From: Neisseria sp. Ec49-e6-T10
Lineage (GTDB): Bacteria > Pseudomonadota > Gammaproteobacteria > Burkholderiales > Neisseriaceae
Direction: 5' to 3'
Length of the DNA: 64,000 nucleotides
Assembly: GCF_051132615.1 (NCBI RefSeq)
Contig: NZ_CP152375.1
Location: 1,278,859-1,342,858 of the forward strand
Under the pieces are notes generated by a model. That model was not told the DNA's origin. It saw only the letters and a program-made list of their open reading frames with translations, and did no database searches. Below are positions 11,543 through 23,655 of this stretch, piece by piece (position 1 is the stretch's first letter; each line of letters opens with the position of its first letter). The position numbers were made by a program, and so were the translations under genes.

Positions 11543-12475
11543 TTATGCCAAATTTTCAAATAATGCAGTAGACAAATAACGTTCACCAAAATCAGGCACA
11601 ATCACCACAATCAATTTACCCGCATTTTCAGGTTTTTTGGCCAACTGCAAAGCACTCCATACAGCAGCACCAGCAGAAATACCAACCAATAAACCCTCTT
11701 CTTTTGCTAAAGCTCTTGCTGTTGCAAATGCGTCCTCATTACTGACTTTAATGATTTCATCGTATACTTCAGTATTAAGCACTTTGGGCACAAACCCTGC
11801 CCCAATCCCCTGAATAGGATGAGGTCCTTTAGGTTCACCTGATAACACAGCCGAAGCAGCAGGCTCTACAGCCACAACCTGAACAGAAGATTTTTTTGCC
11901 TTAAGCACTTCGCCAACACCAGTAACAGTACCACCTGTACCCACACCTGCAACAAAAATATCCACTTTACCATCCGTGTCGTCCCAAACCTCCTGAGCAG
12001 TTGTTGCACGATGTATTTCTGGATTAACTGGATTTTCAAATTGTTGCAACAAAACATGGGTGCTTGGGTTGGCTTCGACCAATGCATTTGCCGCGGCAAT
12101 CGCGCCCCCCATACCTTCAGCACCTGGTGTTAACACCAGTTCTGCACCATAAGCACGTAACAACATACGACGCTCTTTACTCATGGTCTCTGGCATGGTA
12201 ATGACTAATTTATACCCTTTTGCCGCACAAACCATAGCTAAACCAATACCTGTATTGCCGCTAGTCGGTTCCACTAAAACAGTATCTTTATTGATTTTGC
12301 CCGTTTTTTCAGCTTCTTGAATCATCGCTAAAGCAATACGGTCTTTGACACTATGAGAAGGATTAAACGATTCTATTTTTGCCACAACAGTGGCCACACT
12401 GTCCTTAGCCAAACGATTAATTTTCACCAAAGGTGTTTTACCTACTAAATCTGCCACACTATTATAAATATTCAT
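11543..12475 (-). CDS. cysK: cysteine synthase A (O-acetylserine sulfhydrylase)
   Basis: PLP-dependent fold with the PLP-lysine region SVKDR and the GNTG loop; start at ATG 12475 with AAGGAG RBS 5 nt upstream. Confidence 0.9.
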   Translation of the reverse strand: MNIYNSVADLVGKTPLVKINRLAKDSVATVVAKIESFNPSHSVKDRIALAMIQEAEKTGKINKDTVLVEPTSGNTGIGLAMVCAAKGYKLVITMPETMSKERRMLLRAYGAELVLTPGAEGMGGAIAAANALVEANPSTHVLLQQFENPVNPEIHRATTAQEVWDDTDGKVDIFVAGVGTGGTVTGVGEVLKAKKSSVQVVAVEPAASAVLSGEPKGPHPIQGIGAGFVPKVLNTEVYDEIIKVSNEDAFATARALAKEEGLLVGISAGAAVWSALQLAKKPENAGKLIVVIVPDFGERYLSTALFENLA

Positions 12476-12650
12476 GCCCACTCCTTTGCATTAAACCAAG
12501 TTTTAATGAATCACATCATAAACCATTTTTTATATCTTTTAATGATAAAAAATTATTTAAACCAAACTTTTTATTATTTAAAAAACTGAAATATGCTGCT
12601 TATTATCTTAAAATAGAATGATTTATCAAAGCATTAATTGATTCACTCAA

Positions 12651-12682
12651 CAAAAAAACAGGCCATCATAGCCTGTTTTTCT
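12651..12682. terminator. hairpin terminator downstream of yidC
   Basis: AAAAAAACAGGCcatcataGCCTGTTTTTC. Confidence 0.65.
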
Positions 12683-12694
12683 TTATTTAAACCA

Positions 12695-14356
12695 TTAACT
12701 TTCTTTATGATGGGCAGGATGCGGATTTGCCTTCATTTTACGGTTAATCAACCATTGTTGTGTAATGGATAAAATATTATTCACAACCCAATACAACACC
12801 AAACCAGCAGGGAAGAAGAAGAACATAACCGAGAACATAATAGGCATAATCTTCATCATTTTTGCTTGTAATGGGTCAGGTGGCGGTGGATTCAAAAAAG
12901 TTTGAATAAACATGGTCACTGCCATCAAAATAGGCAATACATAAAATGGATCAGGACGAGCCAAATCATGAATCCACAAAACCCAAGGTGCTTGGCGTAA
13001 TTCCACCGATGCAAATAAAGCCCAGTACAAACCAATAAACACGGGAATTTGTAACACAATAGGCAAACAACCGCCTAATGGATTGATTTTTTCCTTTTTG
13101 TATAAAGCCATCATTTCTTGCTGTAGCTTCATTTTGTCGTCGCCACATTGCTCTTTTAACAATTGCAATCTAGGAGCAACAGCACGCATTTTCGCCATAG
13201 AACGATATGAGGCAGCCGTTAATGGATACAACACCAATTTAACAATAACGGTTAATAAAACAATTGCCCAGCCCCAGTTTTGTACCCAAGCATGCAACTT
13301 ATTCAATAACCAGAACAATGGTGTGGCAAACAAATACACTTTGCCATAATCTTTGGTTAGCTCCAGCTTATCTGCTACTTGAGTCACAATTTTATAGTCA
13401 GCAGGACCAGCATAAAGCGACATATTAAAGGTTTCTGATTTTTCAGGAGCAATGGCAGGTAATTGCACACGAACGCCTGAAGAATATAGACCATCTTTAC
13501 GTTTCTTGATTTCAAATTGACACGCATCTTTACCACAAACAGTTGGTTGCCCTTTGGGTTCCAACAACCATGTTGCAATAAAGTAATGTTGAATCATGCC
13601 TATCCAGCCAGTATTGGCACGGCGCACATAATCAACCGAATCAATTCCTTTACTAAAATCTTTATCTAAATCTTTAAAACTGACTTTTTCAAAAGAACCT
13701 TCTGGGGTGTACACAACTGGCCCCACATAAGTGGCAGCAAAATAACTTTCACCTTTAGGGGTTTGGTTATCACGCAACATAGAAAATACAGCACTTGGTG
13801 TCAGAGTTGCATCACTTAAATTATGCACAACATAACTTAACTCAATTTTATAACTGCCTTTGGTAAAAGTATAAATTTTATCAAGCGCAAAATTACCTTG
13901 TTTCGCAGTCAATTTAACTTGGAGTTGATCTCCTGTTAACTTATAACTATTTTGCTCTGCTACAAAAGGAATATCTTTGAATAGATATTGATTGTTTTGA
14001 TCCAACAACCCAGTTTGAGGCACATAAATATAATCATTTTTGTTACCAAACAAAGTCATGGTTTTTGATGCGTCTTCTGTTGCATCAAAATGAGTCAATG
14101 TTAAATTACGAATATCCCCACTGTCCGCATCAATCGTGCCACGAAAAACATCTGTTTCGAACTGAATTTGTTCCCCATTTTTTAAGACACTCTCGGTGAC
14201 TTTAACTGCACTTGTCTTGCCATTTGTTTGTGCACTTTGAGACTGTGTCGTCGCAGGTTTAGGCACAGGCGGTGGAAACATATAGTTCCACCCCACCATA
14301 ATGGCCAAGGAAACCACAAAAAAAGCGATAAGATTTCTTTTTTCCATAACACTCAA
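12695..14356 (-). CDS. yidC: membrane protein insertase YidC
   Basis: 553 aa; large periplasmic domain then 5 C-terminal TM helices; conserved position after yidD-rnpA-rpmH. Confidence 0.92.
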   Translation of the reverse strand: MSVMEKRNLIAFFVVSLAIMVGWNYMFPPPVPKPATTQSQSAQTNGKTSAVKVTESVLKNGEQIQFETDVFRGTIDADSGDIRNLTLTHFDATEDASKTMTLFGNKNDYIYVPQTGLLDQNNQYLFKDIPFVAEQNSYKLTGDQLQVKLTAKQGNFALDKIYTFTKGSYKIELSYVVHNLSDATLTPSAVFSMLRDNQTPKGESYFAATYVGPVVYTPEGSFEKVSFKDLDKDFSKGIDSVDYVRRANTGWIGMIQHYFIATWLLEPKGQPTVCGKDACQFEIKKRKDGLYSSGVRVQLPAIAPEKSETFNMSLYAGPADYKIVTQVADKLELTKDYGKVYLFATPLFWLLNKLHAWVQNWGWAIVLLTVIVKLVLYPLTAASYRSMAKMRAVAPRLQLLKEQCGDDKMKLQQEMMALYKKEKINPLGGCLPIVLQIPVFIGLYWALFASVELRQAPWVLWIHDLARPDPFYVLPILMAVTMFIQTFLNPPPPDPLQAKMMKIMPIMFSVMFFFFPAGLVLYWVVNNILSITQQWLINRKMKANPHPAHHKES

Positions 14357-14366
14357 CTTAATTTAA

Positions 14367-14576
14367 TCAAGGAACTGGGTCATAGCCACTGCCACCAAAC
14401 GGATGACACCGACAAAGACGTTTGACCATTAGAACACCGCCTTTTAAAGCACCGTGTTTCTTAATGGCCTCAATTGCATACTGCGAACAAGTAGGCGAAA
14501 AACGACAACTAGGCGCAAAGTATGGGCTAATACACAACTGGTAAAAGCGAATAAAATAAAGCATTATTTTGGCCAT
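14367..14576 (-). CDS. yidD: membrane protein insertion efficiency factor
   Basis: 69 aa with conserved CRF.PTCSQY and CRCHP motifs. Confidence 0.85.
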   Translation of the reverse strand: MAKIMLYFIRFYQLCISPYFAPSCRFSPTCSQYAIEAIKKHGALKGGVLMVKRLCRCHPFGGSGYDPVP

Positions 14577-14579
14577 GCT

Positions 14580-14912
14580 TTACCTTTTCAGCAAAGAGGA
14601 TAAAGCAAGAATAGCCTCATTATGATGAGCTGCCTCAAATTTTTGCTTACTGCGGACAATATAATCAGCATGAACCAATTCATGTTTGTGACACCGAAAC
14701 CATTCACGAATGGTTCGTTTCATATAATTGCGCTCATGTGCCTTTTTTGCCACTTTTTTCGCTACTATTAACCCTAATCGAGGGTAATCTAGGTTATTTT
14801 TACCCCAGAAAACCTGAAAATAGGCATTGTTTTTGCTTCGACGAAACGCAAAAACGGATGAAAACTCATCCGCTTTTAGTAACCGATAACGTCGATCAAA
14901 ACCATTATTCAA
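14580..14912 (-). CDS. rnpA: RNase P protein component
   Basis: 110 aa basic protein, RNR-like motif KKAHERNYMKR; apparent TTG start 3 nt after the rpmH stop. Confidence 0.8.
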   Translation of the reverse strand: MNNGFDRRYRLLKADEFSSVFAFRRSKNNAYFQVFWGKNNLDYPRLGLIVAKKVAKKAHERNYMKRTIREWFRCHKHELVHADYIVRSKQKFEAAHHNEAILALSSLLKR

Positions 14913-14915
14913 GGC

Positions 14916-15050
14916 TTACACAGCCAAGCGCTTGCGGCCTTTGGCACGACGAGCAGCCAAAACAGCACGACCACCACGGGTTTTAGAGCGAACTAAAAAG
15001 CCATGAGTGCGTTTACGACGGGTAACTGAAGGTTGGTAAGTGCGTTTCAT
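14916..15050 (-). CDS. rpmH: 50S ribosomal protein L34
   Basis: Not in the ORF track (44 aa). Reverse-strand translation [44 protein letters not shown] is the canonical L34. Confidence 0.93.
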   Translation of the reverse strand: MKRTYQPSVTRRKRTHGFLVRSKTRGGRAVLAARRAKGRKRLAV

Positions 15051-15140
15051 TTTAAATTATTCCTGATTCTCTAAGACAACATAAACTGCGCATTACACCC
15101 TGTTTATACTGATTTGTCAATGATTTTTAAGTAAATAGCC

Positions 15141-15149
15141 TGTGGATAA
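15141..15149. promoter_or_regulatory. consensus DnaA box (TGTGGATAA) in rpmH-dnaA intergenic / dnaA promoter region
   Basis: Perfect match to TTATCCACA (reverse orientation); only one perfect box seen in the 240-bp spacer. Confidence 0.6.
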
Positions 15150-15292
15150 GTAAGCAAAAATGCAGTAGAATGTATCTTTGGCGGAAAATTCGTGGGCACC
15201 AAGTTTATATCGATTCAAATATGATGTGATATAAATAGCCTGCTTATATATAATCAGCCGCCTTTTTAACCGCAGAATACCCCAAAACTTTA

Positions 15293-16720
15293 ATGAATGA
15301 TCACGTTGCAACTATGGATGTAAATAATTTCTGGTCAGCTTGTTTAGGCCAGCTTGAGGCAGATCTGTCTCCACAACAATTTAATACCTGGATTCGGACT
15401 TTAGCTGTCAGTGCTGATGACGAGAACTGGTTATTGTTGGTACCCAATCGTTTTATGTTGCAATTTATTAAAGAACGCTTTTTTGATCGCATTGATGCGA
15501 TTCGTGTTGAACTTGCCCCTACTTCACCCGAGCTTTTATTAAGGGTCAATGCACCACAAACACAAAGCAGTAAAACGGCAACAAACACAATTGCTCAAAA
15601 AAACAACAAAACCCAAGACAAGGCTGACATAAAAAAAAATCAGCCTCGGCCAACCCAAGAGCCTACATTGGGCAACTTACCTAAACGTAGCTTAGAAAAA
15701 GCACGTTTAAACCCTATTTACACATTTGATAATCTGGTGACAGGCAAAGGCAACCAACTGGCTCATGCCGCAGCATTACAAATTGCAGAAAACCCAGGTG
15801 ACAGTACCTACAATCCCATGTTTATTTATGGTTGTACAGGCCTAGGTAAAACCCATTTAATACAAGCAATTGGTAATAAAATCCATCAACTAAAACCTGA
15901 TGCGAATATTCGTTACATTCATGCTGAACGTTACGTGGCTGATATTATGAAGGCTTTTAGGGAAAAAGCTTTTGATGAATTCAAACGTTATTACCACTCT
16001 TTAGATTTATTATTGATTGACGACATCCAGTTTTTTGCAGGCAAAAACCGAACCATGGAAGAGTTTTTCTATGCGTTTAACGCTTTATTAGACAGCAAAA
16101 AACAAGTGGTCATTACCTGTGATACTTATCCTAGCCAAATTGATGGAATGGATGACCGCCTTAAGTCACGTTTTTCTTGGGGATTAACGGTTGAAATTCA
16201 ACCACCTGAATTAGAAATGCGGGTCGCCATTTTGCTGAAAAAAGCCATGGCAGAAAATGTTAAATTAGATAATGATGCGGCTTTTTTTATTGCGCAAAAT
16301 ATCCGCTCTAATGTGCGAGAACTAGAAGGCGCTTTCAAACGGGCGCTGGCAGTGAGCCGCTTTCAGTCAAAACCGATTACCTTAGAGTTAGCAAAAGAAG
16401 CTTTAAAAGATATTTTAGCTGTGGTACAAAGACAAATTACCATTGAAGGCATTCAAAAAACAGTGGCAGACTACTACCGTATTAAAGTATCTGACCTGTT
16501 AGGTAAAAAACGGACAAGAAATATCACCCGTCCGCGCCAGTTGGCAATGGCACTGGCAAAAGAATTAACCACACAAAGTTTACCAATGATTGGCAATGCT
16601 TTTGGGGGACGAGATCACACAACCGTGATGCACGCTTGCAAAACTATTGCTGATTTAAAACAAACCGATCCAAATATTGCACAGGATTTTGACACTTTGG
16701 TGTCTATCCTAAGAGATTAA
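15293..16720 (+). CDS. dnaA: chromosomal replication initiator DnaA
   Basis: AAA+ Walker A GCTGLGKTHL, C-terminal DnaA signature ...RPRQLAMALAKELT...GGRDHTTVMHA; start may be the second Met at 15314. Confidence 0.95.
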   Translation: MNDHVATMDVNNFWSACLGQLEADLSPQQFNTWIRTLAVSADDENWLLLVPNRFMLQFIKERFFDRIDAIRVELAPTSPELLLRVNAPQTQSSKTATNTIAQKNNKTQDKADIKKNQPRPTQEPTLGNLPKRSLEKARLNPIYTFDNLVTGKGNQLAHAAALQIAENPGDSTYNPMFIYGCTGLGKTHLIQAIGNKIHQLKPDANIRYIHAERYVADIMKAFREKAFDEFKRYYHSLDLLLIDDIQFFAGKNRTMEEFFYAFNALLDSKKQVVITCDTYPSQIDGMDDRLKSRFSWGLTVEIQPPELEMRVAILLKKAMAENVKLDNDAAFFIAQNIRSNVRELEGAFKRALAVSRFQSKPITLELAKEALKDILAVVQRQITIEGIQKTVADYYRIKVSDLLGKKRTRNITRPRQLAMALAKELTTQSLPMIGNAFGGRDHTTVMHACKTIADLKQTDPNIAQDFDTLVSILRD

Positions 16721-16749
16721 CTGGCTAAAAATTAAGAGGGAAACCTGTT

Positions 16750-17853
16750 ATGCTGATTTTACAAACTGAAAAAGACTCACTACTTAAGCCTTTAAAAACG
16801 GTAACAGGCATTATTGAACGCCGCCATACCTTACCGATATTATCCAATGTCTTAATTGAAAACAAAGGTGGTAAAACCTCTTTACTCAGTACCGACTTAG
16901 AAATTCAGATTCACACAACAGGGTTTGAATCGCAAGCGGAAGATTTTCGTTTGACCACAAATGCAAAAAAATTACAGGATATTTTGCAGGCTTTACCAGA
17001 CAGCTCTTTAGTCTCTCTTGATTTAGCCCAAGATCGTGTGACTTTAAAAGCAGGAAAAAGCCGCTTTAACTTACAAACATTACCAGCAGATGATTTTCCT
17101 TTATTGGCAGTAGATGACGAAGTATCAGCTTGTTTTAGCATCAACCAAAACGTACTCAAACAAATGCTCTCACAAGTGCAATACAGTATGGCGGTGCAAG
17201 ACATCCGTTATTACTTAAATGGTTTGCTGATGCAAGTTGAAGGCAATCGCTTAAACCTTGTGGCAACCGATGGTCATCGTTTGGCTTTATCCAGTGCCAC
17301 AATTGATGCCGACTTACCCAAAGCAGAAGTCATTTTGCCACGAAAAACCGTGTTGGAATTGTCTAAGTTACTGAGCCAACCAGATGAAGACATCACCATT
17401 GAGTTACTGAACAATCAGGTACGTTTTCGTTGTGGTGAAAGTGTGATTGTCAGCAAAATTGTGGATGGCAAATTCCCAGACTACAAACGTGTGATCCCAT
17501 TAGACAATGACAAAATTTTCTTGGTTGGTCGCACTCAGTTATTAAGCGCATTAGAGCGTGCCGCTATTTTAGCCAATGAAAAATTCCGTGGCGTACGTTT
17601 ACTGATTAAACCTGGTATTTTAAGCATTGTGTGTAGCAACAATGACCAAGAAGAAGCCCAAGAAGAAATCGAAATTGCCTATCAAGGTGAACCATTGGAA
17701 ATGAGCTTTAATATTGCATACCTAATGGATGTCTTGCGTAATGTCCCTGTGGACAACTTACAACTGGCTTTTGGCGATGCGAATCGCTCAAGTCTGTTCA
17801 CCATCCCTGAGTATGCAGACTTCAAATACATCGTGATGCCAATGCGCATTTAA
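16750..17853 (+). CDS. dnaN: DNA polymerase III beta sliding clamp
   Basis: 367 aa, three-domain clamp, ends ...MPMRI; AGAGGGA RBS. Confidence 0.93.
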   Translation: MLILQTEKDSLLKPLKTVTGIIERRHTLPILSNVLIENKGGKTSLLSTDLEIQIHTTGFESQAEDFRLTTNAKKLQDILQALPDSSLVSLDLAQDRVTLKAGKSRFNLQTLPADDFPLLAVDDEVSACFSINQNVLKQMLSQVQYSMAVQDIRYYLNGLLMQVEGNRLNLVATDGHRLALSSATIDADLPKAEVILPRKTVLELSKLLSQPDEDITIELLNNQVRFRCGESVIVSKIVDGKFPDYKRVIPLDNDKIFLVGRTQLLSALERAAILANEKFRGVRLLIKPGILSIVCSNNDQEEAQEEIEIAYQGEPLEMSFNIAYLMDVLRNVPVDNLQLAFGDANRSSLFTIPEYADFKYIVMPMRI

Positions 17854-17857
17854 CGAT

Positions 17858-17898
17858 AAGGGTTGGGCACCCCCAACCCTTTACTATTGTTTTTTTTG
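17858..17898 (+). terminator. GC-rich hairpin plus T8 between dnaN and gyrB
   Basis: AAGGGTTGGGcacCCCAACCCTT 10-bp stem, then tactattg then TTTTTTTT. Confidence 0.55.
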
Positions 17899-17910
17899 GA
17901 ATCGAGATAA

Positions 17911-20307
<2,397 letters not shown>

Positions 20308-20328
20308 TAGATATAACATCAAATAAAA

Positions 20329-20367
20329 ACAAGCCCATATTTATAATAGAATATGGGCGTTTTTTAT
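20329..20367 (+). terminator. rho-independent terminator after gyrB
   Basis: AAGCCCATATttataatagaATATGGGCGTTTTTT. Confidence 0.75.
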
Positions 20368-20570
20368 AAGTTGTTTCACATTAATGTTAAGCTAAAAAGC
20401 GTTCTTTTTTCCATCGTATAATGAAGCCAATGAAATGTATTTGCTTGCTGTTATCCAAAAGATCATCATGATTATTTTTAATTGCTTGTAAAACAAAATC
20501 GAAAAAGTCTTCAGATAAACTATTGGCATAAAAAATTATAAAATCTATTTCAAAAGAAGCTTCCTATAAT

Positions 20571-20882
20571 TCAGTTTTCAATATAACTTTCTGCGATATT
20601 AATATCTTTAGTCATATCCAACTCTGGAAATTTTTTATCTAATTTTCTCAAACAAGCGATGAATCGTTCACTTTGAAGTTTTTCAGAGATATCTTCAAAA
20701 ATTTCACTGATGAAATATAAATCATCTTCTTTACTTTCCTCAAGATAATGTATTGTCTCATCCTCATTTTGAGTTAATAATTCGGTCATGTCATTCCAAC
20801 ACTTTTCAATTCCAAAATCATCATTCAAACTCAAGCTTTTTCTCTTTTTTAAAATTGTTGCCATACAGTCTTTTAGTTCCAT
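20571..20882 (-). CDS. small acidic protein, candidate immunity protein for the upstream toxin
   Basis: 103 aa; starts 26 nt after the toxin stop on the same strand; acidic C-terminus (EDETIHYLEESKEDDLYFISEIFEDI); no homology recognised. Confidence 0.5.
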   Translation of the reverse strand: MELKDCMATILKKRKSLSLNDDFGIEKCWNDMTELLTQNEDETIHYLEESKEDDLYFISEIFEDISEKLQSERFIACLRKLDKKFPELDMTKDINIAESYIEN

Positions 20883-20907
20883 TTTTTATTCCTAACAATT
20901 TATTTTT

Positions 20908-23064
20908 TTATGGTTGCTTTGTTGTATCTGGGAAAATAGTTGCTAGCTTTCCATCAGTTTTTATTATTCCAATTCGAACGCCTCTATATTCTCCAAAAAC
21001 AGCCTCACCATCTTTTATATCTGCAAAGTTTGATTGGTTAGCGATATGTTGTCCTGCATTTTCGATATCCTTATTCGTCCAATTTTCAGGGAACCAAGAT
21101 TGATTATTTCCTGTTCTTTTCGCCTTAATTTTATGGTCTGGTACATTTCCAATCCTAACACCATTAGGATAAGTTTTTTCGATATTTACTTCCAACCCAT
21201 TTTCTTTGAGAAAATCAATGTTAGATTGACCATGACCTCCTCCTTTCATTTTAGATATTTCTCCTGTGGAAGGGTTGACAGTAAAATCTCCAATATCTGC
21301 ATGTTTTAAACTTTGCTCTGGAATTTCCACTTTAGCAATGACCCCACTAGCTTTTTCAACTGCACCTAATTTTCTTTCTAAGTTAATGGTATTGTTTGTA
21401 TCATGTAAGGCATCAGCAGCCTTAGATAAATTCTTAGCATTCTTAGTCATACCCAAAGGAGCGACAGCAGCTAATACCTCAAAGCCAATTTTGCCATCCA
21501 TTCTACCCGATTCATCATACTTTCCTGCCACTTTAAGCTGTTGTACCTGTTCCTGACGATCTGTCAACATCCCATTAACACCTTTTATGAATTCATCAGG
21601 ATGCGCTGAATAATACATCGTCTGACCTGTAGCAGAACCAGCTAAAAAGCCTACTGAATTGAACAGACTATTCATCCGTTCATTATTCCGATGAATACTT
21701 TCTCTGGCTGCTGTTTGGTCATATAAGCCACCTAACAGCGAATAACCTACTGTATTGAGGATATCCTTAGACAATAAATTAGCATCATTTACCATCTCTT
21801 TTAAGCCACTGAGCATAGACTCATTAGCCCCTTTACTATAGGCTGCTTGTTCTACTTCTGTTAACGGTTTACCCTCATAATTGGTCATTTTCATGATAGG
21901 CATCACGCTTGGTTGTGCTGTAAGAGGACGAATATTAGATAAAGGCACATTTTGGGCGGTATTGTTTACCCACTGTAATGCCTCTACTGTATTGATTGAT
22001 TTATCTGAACGATTAACAGCAGCCTGTAATGTTTCACTCTGACTGAATTTATGCATAGCAGCAACTGAAACACCTTTATTAATTAAACTGTGTTCTTGAT
22101 AACGAGATAATTGTTCTTTAATAACACTTTCTAGTTCTTGTTTACTTAAACCATTTGCCATATTGGGATTATTGGCTACTTGATTATTGATATTTTGAAA
22201 GAGTTGAGTTATTTGGGTTTGTTGCTGTAAGTTAGGATTTCGTTCTCTTTGTTCTTCTAATGCTTGAGCTCTAGCCAGATCAATATGTTCATTGGCTAGG
22301 CTTTGACCTGTAACAATTTGACGTCCTGCTTGTTCATTTTTGGCTTGTTGCTCTTCTGTATATTGGCTACGGTCATAGGTATATTCTTTATTGGGTTGAA
22401 TATTAGGAATAATGTGTTGATTGCCATCTTTGAGCTTGATGTCTTTTATCTGTCCTGATCGATACAAAACCCCTAAAGCTTCATATGGATGCTCTGAGTC
22501 TAATTTTTGCGCCAAACTCCAGCCAGTATCGCCTTTTTGGGCAATGATTTTATGTTCAGTATTTTCTGGTTCTAATTGTGTTTCAACAGGTTTTTTTATG
22601 CTGTCTTCTAATGGCTCTCCAGCTATAATTTTTGGTGTGGATAGATTGAACTGTTCATTCTGTTTCCCTAAATTAAGCTGAATTTCTTCTTGATTAATCT
22701 GTAACTGATTAATTTTAGGCGGATCACCAGCATAATCATGTGTAACAAATCCTACGGCTTCTTTTAAGATGTATTGTTCTTTTGGGGTAAATTCAGATAA
22801 TTGTTTGTCTACTTGATGATTGTTCATCTGTTGAACAATCTCTTTTAATCTTCCTTTAGGTGGATAGGAACGATTAAAATGTTCACTAATCAGCTCTTGT
22901 TCTTTGTTTAGTTTCTCAGGGGCTTTTTCTGGTGCTTTAGCTTGTAATAATTCTTTATCGACACTTAACCCATGTTTTGCTAGAGTTTCTTCTACATTTA
23001 CAAAGGCATATTTATTGTTGCCTATATTAGCCATTAAACAACCTGTTTGAGGGCTGTAATACAT
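20908..23064 (-). CDS. polymorphic-toxin-like protein with nuclease-like C-terminal domain; N-terminal region Gln-rich; upstream in-frame extension interrupted by TAA
   Basis: 718 aa; the C-terminal 130 aa (GGGHGQSNIDFL...PDHKIKAKRTG...SWFPENW...QHIANQ) has conserved His/Lys in an arrangement reminiscent of RNase-type (EndoU-like) toxin tips; followed by a small gene; same frame stays open upstream to ATG 23319 except for one TAA at 23218..23220. Confidence 0.6.
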   Translation of the reverse strand: MYYSPQTGCLMANIGNNKYAFVNVEETLAKHGLSVDKELLQAKAPEKAPEKLNKEQELISEHFNRSYPPKGRLKEIVQQMNNHQVDKQLSEFTPKEQYILKEAVGFVTHDYAGDPPKINQLQINQEEIQLNLGKQNEQFNLSTPKIIAGEPLEDSIKKPVETQLEPENTEHKIIAQKGDTGWSLAQKLDSEHPYEALGVLYRSGQIKDIKLKDGNQHIIPNIQPNKEYTYDRSQYTEEQQAKNEQAGRQIVTGQSLANEHIDLARAQALEEQRERNPNLQQQTQITQLFQNINNQVANNPNMANGLSKQELESVIKEQLSRYQEHSLINKGVSVAAMHKFSQSETLQAAVNRSDKSINTVEALQWVNNTAQNVPLSNIRPLTAQPSVMPIMKMTNYEGKPLTEVEQAAYSKGANESMLSGLKEMVNDANLLSKDILNTVGYSLLGGLYDQTAARESIHRNNERMNSLFNSVGFLAGSATGQTMYYSAHPDEFIKGVNGMLTDRQEQVQQLKVAGKYDESGRMDGKIGFEVLAAVAPLGMTKNAKNLSKAADALHDTNNTINLERKLGAVEKASGVIAKVEIPEQSLKHADIGDFTVNPSTGEISKMKGGGHGQSNIDFLKENGLEVNIEKTYPNGVRIGNVPDHKIKAKRTGNNQSWFPENWTNKDIENAGQHIANQSNFADIKDGEAVFGEYRGVRIGIIKTDGKLATIFPDTTKQP

Positions 23065-23655
23065 TAATTTAATATTGATATGATCACTACGCCCACTTTT
23101 AAGGGCAACATCTTGAGCTAAGCCTTCAAAGACAGCTTCTTTTTGTTCTGGATTTAATTTACTTAGATTGTGAGTATATTCGCTTTGATTAAACTCTTTT
23201 TGAACTTCTTGATTGGCTTAAGGCAATTTTCTTTGAGCCAGCTCTAAAGCTTCTTGCTCTTGCAATAGTCGTTGTCTCTCTTGAAACTCTTGATTAACAT
23301 CTAGCTGCAACTCTTCCATACACAAGCCAAATCAATATTGTTATGAAAATAGCAATTATACGCATAGTTGTAACACAAAACCATGAAATTTAATTTATTT
23401 ATTTCCAAAACAATATTGATTATTGTTATTTTTCGGAAAATTTGCTGGTTCATTCTAAAGCTGTTTATACAGTAAACTTGCTACGCAGATACTTTCAATC
23501 TCTTTATAAATACTGTTTTTATTATTTTAATGATAATGGTATATATTACTCAATACAGAATATGCTGTTTATCTTATTTTTATATTTCTTTGACTTGTGT
23601 GTTATATTAAATTCATTATCTATATAATGAATTTAATCAGTCATAACGAAGAAAA

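Noticed and set aside
12433-12621. 62-aa plus-strand ORF in the cysK-yidC spacer
   Set aside because: Low-complexity AT-rich translation (Lys/Phe/Tyr repeats), overlaps the cysK start/promoter region; no RBS.
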